Assembly (NCBI GenBank): GCA_963844715.1
Contig: CAWJPJ010000007.1
Span: 960,001-1,024,000 of the forward strand
Direction: 5' to 3'
Origin: an uncultured Phycisphaerales bacterium
Lineage (GTDB): Bacteria; Planctomycetota; Phycisphaerae; Tepidisphaerales; Tepidisphaeraceae
DNA length: 64,000 nucleotides
In this document: positions 1 through 9,100 of the stretch, piece after piece
How the letters are laid out: each line of letters starts with the position of its first letter
Position numbering within the stretch: position 1 is the stretch's first letter
Notes under the pieces: model-generated
Told to the model about the DNA's origin: nothing
Database searches by the model: none
The model's input: only the letters and a program-made list of their open reading frames with translations
Translations under genes and position numbers: made by a program

Positions 1-289
1 CTTCGTGCGCGTGGATGGGATTTCCATGCTTCCGGACTATCCGGATCAATCCGTCGCCGCCTTCGAAACGGTCGAGGGACAACAGTTTATTTATGGCAAG
101 GACTATCTGATCTGGTTCACGGATGGGGAGTGCTATTTCAGCAGAGTGCATGAGAGTGACGAGGACCGCGATGTGCTGGTGCTTCGTAAAGTGAACCCGG
201 ATCGCCGGCAGTTCCCGGATCGGTATGTCCATCGACGGGAGATTGAGCGCATCGCTCGCTGCGTTGGTGTAGCGATCGACAGGAGTTAG
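1..289 (+). CDS. S24/LexA-like (phage repressor-type) C-terminal domain protein, 5' truncated by the window edge
   Basis: VRVDGISMLPDYPD resembles the S24 VxGDSMxP motif; the downstream beta-rich segment ends in ..IERIARCVGV, like CI/LexA C-termini. Confidence 0.6.
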   Translation, partial: FVRVDGISMLPDYPDQSVAAFETVEGQQFIYGKDYLIWFTDGECYFSRVHESDEDRDVLVLRKVNPDRRQFPDRYVHRREIERIARCVGVAIDRS

Positions 290-327
290 ATCATCGAGTA
301 GCAGAAATTCATGATGGGAGAAAGACG

Positions 328-1023
328 ATGTCGAGGCTCGTACGGTGGCTCGACCATCGCATGGAGGTGGTGGGAATCGAAAAACGGAAGGATCTGGCGG
401 AATTGACCGGCATCCCGCTCGACGTTTTCCGCGAAATCCGGGACGTCGGCTCGCTGGAAATCCTCAGCAGAACCCAAAGGCGCCTGCTCGCCGCCGCCTT
501 GCGCGTATCGCTTCGCAATCTGGAACAGCTCAGCGACCACCTGGTCGATTGGATTGAAGACGATCACGTGTGCGACGCTGAAGGTTGCGGCCGACCGCTT
601 CCTGGCCGGAAGGGTGATCCGGCGTACCGGGTGCCGCGGGAATTACCGCCCGAAGACCGGGGCACGCCTCTGATCGGGAGAATTCGGCTCGGCGGCCAAG
701 CCGAGTTAGACGAGGATTGGCATCAGGAATGGGGAAAACACATTCCCCACCGATTCGGCAATGGGCACAACGTCTTCGCCCTGGAAATAGAGTCCACGTG
801 TACCTCGGTCGTGCTGCGAGTGATAGCGCCCTGGGAGTTTCGCGAAGGAAGAGCGGCGGTCTACTGCTGGAATGGGTGGGAGGCTCAGGCGTGGTTCGGT
901 CGTGTGTGCCTACAACCCAAGGCATATGTCGTAACGGCGGACGGGCAGCGACATAACCTGGAACTACCGAATGTCATGCGCATTGGCAAAGTGGTGGGCC
1001 AGTGGCCCACCGGACCTGCCTGA
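328..1023 (+). CDS. XRE-type HTH regulator with degenerate S24-like C-terminal domain
   Basis: N-terminal helix-turn-helix-like KRKDLAELTGIP; later PLIGRI..G, VFALEI and RIGKVVG segments are typical of phage repressor C-domains. Confidence 0.55.
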   Translation: MSRLVRWLDHRMEVVGIEKRKDLAELTGIPLDVFREIRDVGSLEILSRTQRRLLAAALRVSLRNLEQLSDHLVDWIEDDHVCDAEGCGRPLPGRKGDPAYRVPRELPPEDRGTPLIGRIRLGGQAELDEDWHQEWGKHIPHRFGNGHNVFALEIESTCTSVVLRVIAPWEFREGRAAVYCWNGWEAQAWFGRVCLQPKAYVVTADGQRHNLELPNVMRIGKVVGQWPTGPA

Positions 1024-1044
1024 CGCCCCGCCCGACTCCGGGCG

Positions 1045-1088
1045 CAAAAACAAACCCGACGGGGGAACGGACGGTCCCCAGCCGGGTT
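1045..1088 (-). terminator. Intrinsic terminator between convergent genes
   Basis: Hairpin AACCCG..GGGGA/TCCCC..CGGGTT (1053-1088) followed on the minus strand by TGTTTTTG. Confidence 0.55.
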
Positions 1089-1098
1089 GTGCGAGCCG

Positions 1099-1344
1099 CT
1101 ACTTGGACTCGCTCTTTTGTTGCAGTTCGTGGATCGCCTCGAACGTCTTATCCGCGACCTTTGCCAGCACCAGCAGATCGTCGCGGCCGAAACTGTCGGT
1201 GCTTTGCCACGTGCCTTCATCGCCGCGGTACAGCCGCTGAAACGTCACGTTGTACCGAGCGCCGCTCTCCGTTTCGTTCTGCCAAATGGCGGCTTTAACC
1301 GTGCCGATCCGGACTTCGCTAATGGGTTTCTGCTTCGTAGCCAT
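1099..1344 (-). CDS. Small conserved protein of mobile elements, putative ssDNA-binding (PC4/Whirly-like fold)
   Basis: 81 aa with strong RBS (GAGGAG); pattern RIGxVKAAIWxN..YNVTFxRxY...W.ST.SF..DDL, which I recognise as a widespread small planctomycete protein; the function is inferred. Confidence 0.6.
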   Translation of the reverse strand: MATKQKPISEVRIGTVKAAIWQNETESGARYNVTFQRLYRGDEGTWQSTDSFGRDDLLVLAKVADKTFEAIHELQQKSESK

Positions 1345-1348
1345 GTGA

Positions 1349-1420
1349 GACTCCTCTCTAAAAGGGTTTGATTGGTCCGTTCACCTCGGCGTGACGGACA
1401 ACAAACCCTTATGAGGAGTC
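1349..1420 (-). promoter_or_regulatory. Long imperfect hairpin sequestering the RBS of the 1099-1344 gene
   Basis: Nested stems GACTCCTC/GAGGAGTC, AAGGGTTTG/CAAACCCTT and GTCCG-TCAC/GTGA-CGGAC. Confidence 0.6.
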
Positions 1421-1876
1421 GGAAGCCAGTCCGCAGCGGCAAGCGCCGGGAGCGAAAAACAGCGAGGAGAATGACAGGCGCGGCGTGCGACAACACGTGC
1501 AAAGCACCGGCGCAGCCGGCAAGCCTGGCGTGAGCATCGCGGTGGAGCGACCAGAGCGATAGCGCAGGGCCGGCGGTACATGGCAGCGCAGCAGAAATAC
1601 TTTCGCTGTCCGAGTCGGCATTCGGCCGGCGTCTTCAGAACGAGTAGCGGCCGGCGGTTTCATGTGCGGCGCGGCGAACCGGCAGGGCGGCGAAGTCGCC
1701 GTTGGCCAGCGCTATGATCTGCGGGTGCAGGCGGAGCGATGGTAGCGCCTGGCGTCCACGAACTGCCGCGCAAGAGCGTGCGAGCTTACAGCCGGACGGT
1801 TGGAGCGCCGTGAAAGGAAGCGAACATGACCGAGCGGACAGATTTTCTGGTCGTCCAACGGCCGGCTTAAGATCCA

Positions 1877-1903
1877 TTGGTCAGTTGGTCACTGAATTGG
1901 TCA
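1877..1903. repeat. Three TTGGTCA direct repeats, candidate integrase arm-type sites
   Basis: TTGGTCA at 1877, 1885 and 1897, about 130-155 bp from the att core at 2032. Confidence 0.45.
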
Positions 1904-2031
1904 GTCGTCATGTGATGGTGACTGTTAATGGAGTTGTCAGTGACCTCTTAAACAAGCTGCAAGCCTTAAAATGGGCAGAAAATGCAGCAACAAACCAACG
2001 CTGAGACTAAACTTATGCGCCGCATTTTAGA

Positions 2032-2075
2032 CTTCGGAACCGAGGGTTGGGGGTTCGACTCCCTCCGGGTGCATT
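2032..2075 (+). repeat. att site: 3' half of tRNA-Arg(UCG), copy 1
   Basis: CTTCGGA anticodon loop + ACCGA + T-arm GGGGG-TTCGACT-CCCTC + CGGGTGCA; no 5' half upstream; 44/44 identical to 5997-6040. Confidence 0.9.
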
Positions 2076-2370
2076 GAGTCCCGGACTATCGGGACGGTCC
2101 ACTGCTGTACTTTCTATTGCTCAATTCGAACACGCCTTCGGCCCCGATGCAGTTCTCAACCGCGTAGCCGCCGAACCGCGTTTATTCGCGCGACAACGCG
2201 GGTTTGCAAACCTTGGGATCCTTCGGGTGTCTCACTGGTGGCCGGATGAATTCGGTCACCAGGAGCCCGCGGAAATGGTTTTGACTTCATTCGCCCTGGT
2301 ATGCTAAAGATGTGAGGGAAGCCAATCGGTCCTGAATGGTCCTTTTACAATGGATAGGAAGGTTGACTCT

Positions 2371-2607
2371 ATGCGCAGCAAATCATCTCACGGGTTGTGT
2401 CATTGCAGTTGTGGCTCATCGCATGAATCTTCCGGCGCGACGGCGGTTTTGGAGCCGGCGATTAAAGGTCGGCCGGACGATCGTGATTCGACGGATGTGC
2501 AGGCAGGTTACGGCAATTGCACCGTCTCGGGGTGTGACTGCCCCGCTTTCATGGGACAGGATCAGTTGTGTGGCAACTGCGGTCACAACTATGAATTCCA
2601 CAACTGA
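2371..2607 (+). CDS. Small Cys/His-rich peptide (metal-binding or RiPP-like precursor)
   Basis: RBS-like AGGAAGG before ATG 2371 (alternative start 2350); 8 Cys and 5 His; C-terminal CxxxxCxC..F.G....CxxCGH....H; followed by a terminator. Confidence 0.7.
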   Translation: MRSKSSHGLCHCSCGSSHESSGATAVLEPAIKGRPDDRDSTDVQAGYGNCTVSGCDCPAFMGQDQLCGNCGHNYEFHN

Positions 2608-2661
2608 TCGTATCTAAAAGAAGCGGCTCGTCCGCGGCCATGAATCAATTGAACCGACGCA

Positions 2662-2699
2662 CGCCGCTGGTATCGCCATACCGGCGGTGTTTTTCTTTT
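2662..2699 (+). terminator. Intrinsic terminator after the Cys-rich peptide gene
   Basis: Stem GCCGCTGGTAT-cgcc-ATACCGGCGGT followed by GTTTTTCTTTT. Confidence 0.8.
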
Positions 2700-2748
2700 G
2701 TCTTGAGGGGACGTGCAAATCTGGTTCGGGGCGCGGATTATACGGCCT

Positions 2749-5700
2749 ATGACACTTCAACGGTTGATTTTCAGCCGCGCATCTTCGCGATGGCGGCTGG
2801 TCGCGCTCTGGATGCTGGGGGTGCTTTCGGTGGTTTTGTCGCTGGTGATGCCGCGTGAGGTGGGCAGGCTGACAAACCTGTTCACGTCGGGAAAGGTAGT
2901 ATCCTGGGGAACGGCGCGGAATGCAGTGTCGGCGATGATGGCGGCACAACTGGCAATTTCGCTATTGAGTTATGTGCGCAGCCGCTTGCAGGTGGTCACG
3001 ACGGAATACATGACGCGCACGCTGACGCTGACCCTCTTCGGGAGGGCGATGAGATTTTCGCCGGATTTTTTCCGAAATTCGGAAGTGGCGAAGATCAACA
3101 ACCGCATTTTGGATGACAGCGCGCTGGTGTCAAACTTTCTCATGCAGGGCGCGGTGGCGTTTCCGCTCGCGGTCCTCAGCGTGATTTTCTTCGGCGGAGT
3201 AATGATCGCGCGGAATCCACTGCTGGGGGCATGCATGGTTCCGCTGTCGCTGCTGAGCGGATATTACCTATTTTTCGACCGGCGGATTCAAAACGTGAAT
3301 CGCACGGCGCGGCGAACATTCGACGAAATCCGCACCGATGCCAATGAGATGGTGTCGAGCGTCTCCGAGTTTCGACAGCACAACGCATTTGAGTACGGTC
3401 GGGATATTCTCAATCGCCGCCTGTTGAAATATCAGGGCGTGATGATGGACATCGGAAAGCTGACGGCGATGTTCCAGGCGGCCAGCCCGCTGGTCGGCTG
3501 CATCCAGACCGGAGTTTTGTATTTTATCGGCGCGGTGCTCTGTATTCGCGGGACCATGCACTGGGGAGACGTGATTTCCTTTTTGCTGGTGGCGCAGCTT
3601 TTCCAGACGCCCGTGAGCAATATCGCGGGATTCGGGCTGACGTGGCGGATGTCGCGCGAGAGCATGCGCCGGATTGAGGAGATTCTGGAGCGGCCTTGCG
3701 CCTTTGAGCCGATCCCGGCGGCGCCGCCGGCTCCGCCCGACCCGGAAATTTCGTACGAACAGGCATCGGTGAAGTTTGAATCGGGCGGGTTGATCCTTAA
3801 CGGGTTTACGCAGGCGATCGGCGCCGGAGAGCACGTGGCGTTTTGTGGACCGGCGGGTTGTGGGAAGACGACGGCGGTTTCGCTGGTGGCGCGCAATGCG
3901 GAGCCTTCCGCGGGGCGAGTGGTGATCTCTGGAAAACCGATCGATGCCTACGATCTGGATTCACTGGCGCGGGCGATCGGTTTTGTGCCGCAGAAGCCCG
4001 TGATATTGAACATGTCACTCAGAAATAACATTTTGCTCGGTCTGCGGCGTAAGGTGGAGGGGGCGATGACGGATGTGGAGGGTCCGGTGGATCTCGTGGG
4101 GCTGGAGGGGATTGGCTCGGCGGATGACGTAAATCGGCGGCTGATCGAGGTTGTGCGGCTGGTCGGTCTGGAGAGCGATATTTTTAACAAGTGCATCGAC
4201 CTGCCAGCCGAGTCGATGGGAAACAAAGGGGAAATGATCAATCGGCTGCCGGAGCTCGGGCGGCTGACGCGCGATCGGCTTAAGCTGGTGGAAGGGGATC
4301 TCATCGGGTTGTCGGCGGATCGGTATTTTCCGGGGACGGTCGGTGAGAATCTGTTCGGCCCGCACTTCGAGCAGGGGATGTCGCTGGAGTCGGCGGCGGA
4401 TATTTTGCTGCAGGGCGGGGCGGAGTCGCCGTACCTCTTGGATCTGCTGGAATTCGGATTGAGGCGGCTGCGGCAGGAGCATGCGCTAGCGGTCAGGGCG
4501 CTGAATCGAGCGCCGCGGCTGGCGGAAGTTCTGGATTTGCATCCAATTGAAACTGGGCCGGGCATCGTGTTGGATCCGAGCGAGGCGGATGCGTCTGCGC
4601 TCGCGCGAGATGCCGCGGGGGCTGTGGCGTTTGCTGCTGCAATCGGCGCTGGAGGCGGAAGCGCTGGGGGATTTTGGTCTGCCCCGATCGGGTGATTTGT
4701 CGGGTCGGATCGTGCAGGCGCGGAAATTGTTAATCGAGCGCGAGCCGAGAGTGAGGGAAAGATGGGCGACGTTGGAATCAGCGGGCGTGATCGGTGCGCT
4801 GACGGTTCGCGAGAATCTGCTGCTGCGCGGTGTGATCCGCGCCGGCGCGATGCGCTGGAGCAGACGGATATAGCGATCGCGGCTGTGCTGAACGAGCAGC
4901 AGCAGATGGGCCAGGCGCTGCTCCAGGGACTGGAATGCCGGGCCGGTGAAGACGGGAATCTCCTATCCGGGGGACAGAGGCAGAAGCTGGCGATCGCCCG
5001 CGTGCTGATGAAAAATCCGCGCGTGCTGCTGCTGGATGAGGCAACCAGCGCAATGGACGAGATTTCCCAAAGGCAGATCGTGGAGGTGATTCGCTCGCAA
5101 TTCGCGGGGAAGACGGTTTTGTCGATTTCGCACCGGTTTTCAACGATCCGGGATTTTGATCGGGTGCTGATGCTGGATCGCGGCCGGCTGGTCGAGTCGG
5201 GGCCGTTTGAAGAATTGGCGGTGAAAGGTCGAATGCTTCCGCAAATGCTCAGGCAGGAGTCGGGCGGGTCGATTCGCGGCGCGAAAGATGATGTGGGGCG
5301 GGAGCCGGGATCGGTGGCGAGTGAGCCGGAACCCGCGGGTCCGCCGGAGTCGGGGCAGGCGGGGGATTCGATGTCGGAGATTGCGCGGAAATTGACGCTC
5401 TGTCCGCTGTTTGCGGGAATGTCGAGCGATCGACTCATTCTTCTGTCCCGCTCGTGCGCGAATTTCATTTCCGCGAGGGGGAGCTGCTGTATAGTCAGGG
5501 CGATGCAGGAGACGAAATGTTTGTGATTTTGCAGGGGCAGGTAGAAGTCTTCAATCCGGACGGCGGGACGAAGGAGAGGATTGTTGCGCGGTACCGCTCC
5601 GGGAAGGCGTTCGGGGAATTGGGGATGTTCGGCCAGGGCGTTCGGTCTTTGAGCGCGCGGGCGTCGACGGACACGCGGGTGGCGTCGCTGACCCGGGAGA

Positions 5701-5816
5701 AGATGATTCCGATCATGGCGGCCGAGCCGCAAATTGCGCTGACGCTGCTTAAATCACTATCGAACATGATCGTGCATCTCGATGAACAGATTTCCCAGGC
5801 GGCTCGGAAAAGGTGA
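2749..5816 (+). CDS. ABC exporter (TMD + NBD with large insertion + C-terminal cNMP-binding domain); about 3 frameshifts
   Basis: ABC membrane domain; Walker A GPAGCGKTT (3847); signature LSGGQRQ (4963); Walker B LLLDEAT; H-loop ISHR; Crp-type cNMP domain GDAGDEMFVILQG..FGELG..RS.SARA; pieces lie in ORFs 2713-4695, 4547-4873, 4762-5526 and 5454-5816. Confidence 0.85.
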
Positions 5817-5996
5817 AAGATGTGATTTGGGGCGGGTGGTTGCGACGTCCGGCGGTGTGGGTACTCTTTTTGGCGGGCTCCTGCGGCAACCCCTTCGACG
5901 TCGCGACACAGGTTTTCTTGTAACTGGATGTATTTCAGCGTATCTCGATGCGCGGAAATCTCGATTTTCGGCCGCAAAAACGCTGTTCTCGAGGGT

Positions 5997-6040
5997 CTTC
6001 GGAACCGAGGGTTGGGGGTTCGACTCCCTCCGGGTGCATT
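5997..6040 (+). repeat. att site: 3' half of tRNA-Arg(UCG), copy 2
   Basis: Identical 44 bp to 2032-2075; preceded by GGT, which pairs with ACC in the anticodon stem. Confidence 0.9.
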
Positions 6041-6100
6041 TTAAATCGCTTTTGATTTTCGAATATCCCGTCAATCACTGGCTTGCATGATTAGGCCACA

Positions 6101-9100
6101 TCAATCGACTTCCACTTCCACCAGGTGTTCCTTCCGATCATCATTCATTCGCAATATGCCGCTCGGCTGATCCACTCCGTCCGCGGTCAGACGCTTGATT
6201 TGTTTTCCGCCGCCTTGGTTGTGGAAAGTGATGTGGTAGAACGTCTCGCGGAAACGATAGTGAATTTTAAACTCCTTCCAATCCGCGGGCAGGCAGGGGG
6301 CGAAACGCAATTGGTCCACTTCCAGATTGAGACCAAGCAGCGATTCGGTGATCAGGCGATACATCCAACCCGCTGATCCGGTGTACCAGGTCCAGCCGCC
6401 TCGGCCGGCGTGCTGCGGATTGAGATAGACGTCCGCGGCCATGACATATGGTTCGACTTTGTATTTCCGGATGGCCGAGTTGCTGTTGCTGTGTCTTATC
6501 GGATTAATGAGCTGGAATAACTCCCATGCCTTGGAGCAATCGCCCGCGGCGGCGAAAGCCATCACGGTCCAAATCGCGGCGTGTGTGTATTGCCCGCCAT
6601 TCTCGCGAACCCCTGGCACGTATCCTTTGACATAACCCGGATCGAGCGTGGATTTATCAAACGGCGGATCGAACAATTGGATGACGCCTACGTCCCGTTT
6701 GACGAGCAGCCGGTCCACGGCCGCCATCGCCTGGCGGGAGCGCCTCGGATTCCCCGCGCCAGAGAGGACGGACCAGCTTTGGGGGATCGAATCGATACGG
6801 CATTCGGGGTTCGATGCGGAGCCGAGCGGCTCGCCATTATCGAAATAGGCTCGCCGATACCATTCCCCATCCCATCCGTTTGCCTCGATATTCTGGCGCA
6901 ATTTCACGGCTTCGGTTGTGCAAAGAGTTGCGACGACATCATCTCCCCGTTTTTTGGCGATGGTTTCGAACTGTTGGAGCACGTCCTGGAGGAAAAAGGC
7001 GAGCCAGACGCTTTCGCCTTTGCCGTGTTCGCCGACGAGATTCATTCCGTCGTTCCAGTCGCCCGTGCCCATGAGGGGAAGCCCGTGTTCCCCGAATCTT
7101 AATCCGTGCCGGATTGCGCGGACGCAATGTTCGTAAAGCGCGGCGGATTCGTCCGATCGATTAGGCAGGTCGTAATAGCTGTCCTCCTCGGGCTTCACGG
7201 GGCGGCCGTCCAAAAACTGAATTTTCTCGTCGAGCACTCCGGTGTCGCCGATGGCGGTGACGTAGCGGCATGTGGCAAAGGGGAGCCAGAGAAAATCGTC
7301 GGAGATTCGAGTGCGAACGCCGCGACCAGACGGGGGATGCCACCAATGTTGCACATCTCCCTCGCGGAATTGCCGGGCAGCGCAGCGCAAAATTTGCTCG
7401 CGGAGGATTGCCGGCTGTGCGTGGACGAGCGCCATGGTGTCCTGAAGTTGGTCTCGGAATCCGAACGCGCCGCCGGATTGGTAGTAGCCACTGCGCCCCC
7501 AGACCCGGGAGGCGAGCGTTTGATAGAGGAGCCAGCCGTTGGCCAGGAAGTTGACGGAGGCGTCGGGAGTTTCGACGTGCAGGACTCCGAGGGTTCGGTT
7601 CCAAAAGTTCCAGACCGATTCCATCGCCGTGCGGGCGGCGGCCAGGCCGCGGAAGCGATTCACTAGATTTCGGGTATCGGCCAAATCCCGGCCGGTGCCA
7701 AACGTGAAGACGATCTCGCGATCCTGCCCATCAGCCAGATCGACATAGACCTGCACGGCCGCGCAAGGATCGATCCCCGCTCCCACTCGTCCCGACAAAC
7801 GGGTGCGCCCGAGGCAGGCGGGGTCGGCGGGAGTTCCGTTGCGGCCCAGAAATTCGCCGCGATCGCCGGTAACCGTTCGTTTGGATTCGCTTGAATCGAG
7901 AAAGACGACGCGACTGGCAAACTCGCTGTTGTAAGTGTTCCTTGCCAGCAGGGCGCCGGTCTTGGGATCGACTTCCGTCACGATATTGGGGGCGTGCATT
8001 TCCCGCCGATCCCCCAATTGCAATTCGAAATAACCCGTGACCGATATCCGTCTGGCTCTGCCCGAGACGTTGCGCACCTTGAAGACGATGAATTTCACCG
8101 GCGCGTCGGTTGCGACGTAGGTTTGCATTTCCGTTGCGACGCCGCCGTCGGTGTATTCAAAGATGCTGTAGCCAAACCCGTGGCGAGTCGTATAGGGCAT
8201 AGGCCCGCGTGCCGGCAGGGGGGCCGGGGACCAGAATCGCCCGCTTTCCTCGTCCCGGATATAGAAGGCTTCACCGCTGGCGTCGCCGACAGGGTCGTTG
8301 TTCCAGGGCGTGAGCCGGAATGAATAGGCGTTTTCACACCAGGTGTACGCGCCGCCGCTTTCGCTGACGACCGTGCCGAACCACGGGTTGGCCAAGACGT
8401 TCACCCAAGGCGCGGGGGTGGGTGATTCGGGGGTGGTGGTGATGACGTATTCGCGCCCGTCTTGCGTGAATCCGCCGATTCCATTGAACTCCGCCAGGTC
8501 GTGCGCCGGCATCTCGACGCCGACGGGGATCTCCCCCCTGCGCCCGCGGACGGAGCGGAATCTCGGCACGGGGATTTCCAGTCCCGCGCGCCGTTCCAAC
8601 TGCTCGGCAAGAGTCCCGGCGGTGTCGCTGATAATGACGCGTGCGACCGTCTGCATGAGCACTTTGTCTTCGTCCGGAATTTGCTCGAGCCGGCGAATGA
8701 AAATCCCGCCCGGTTTATCGAGCAGGTTCGCTTCTGCGCGGGAGGTGATCACGCCGGTGATCTGATCCTGCAATTGTTGGCGGTATCCGGATTGATCTTC
8801 GTTCCAGATGACCAGATCGACCGCCAATCCGTGCACGCGCCAATAGGCGTGGGCTTGTACGAGTTGACGCACCAGGTTGATTTGCGCGGGGTCACCGATG
8901 CGCAAGAGCACGATCGGCAGATCGCCCGAAATACCATAGGCCCACAAGCCGGATTGTCCGCGATGATTCCGCGCAATCACGCTGCCGGAAGCTCGCAACA
9001 AAGGATTGGCGTAAAGAATATTGCTGGCGAGGCGTCCGAAGAGTTGCGCGTCGGCCTCGGCCGCGTCGAGCTGCCGAAGCACGACCTGACTGTGCGTCCA

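Noticed and set aside
1702..2004. 100-aa ORF upstream of att copy 1
   Set aside because: No RBS or motif, and it runs across hairpins and the TTGGTCA repeats; likely non-coding
2047..2307. ORFs overlapping the tRNA fragments (2047-2307, 5757-6090, 26254-26436) that share peptides such as GVRLPPGA or EGWGFDSLRV
   Set aside because: The shared peptides are only translations of the att repeat
3948..5732. Long antisense ORFs (e.g. 3948-5732, 33077-34747, 48480-50165, 61812-62792)
   Set aside because: Shadow frames of GC-rich genes that carry recognisable motifs on the opposite strand
2749..5816. Peptidase-containing ABC transporter (PCAT) of a classical double-glycine bacteriocin
   Set aside because: No N-terminal C39 domain; the protein starts directly with the membrane domain
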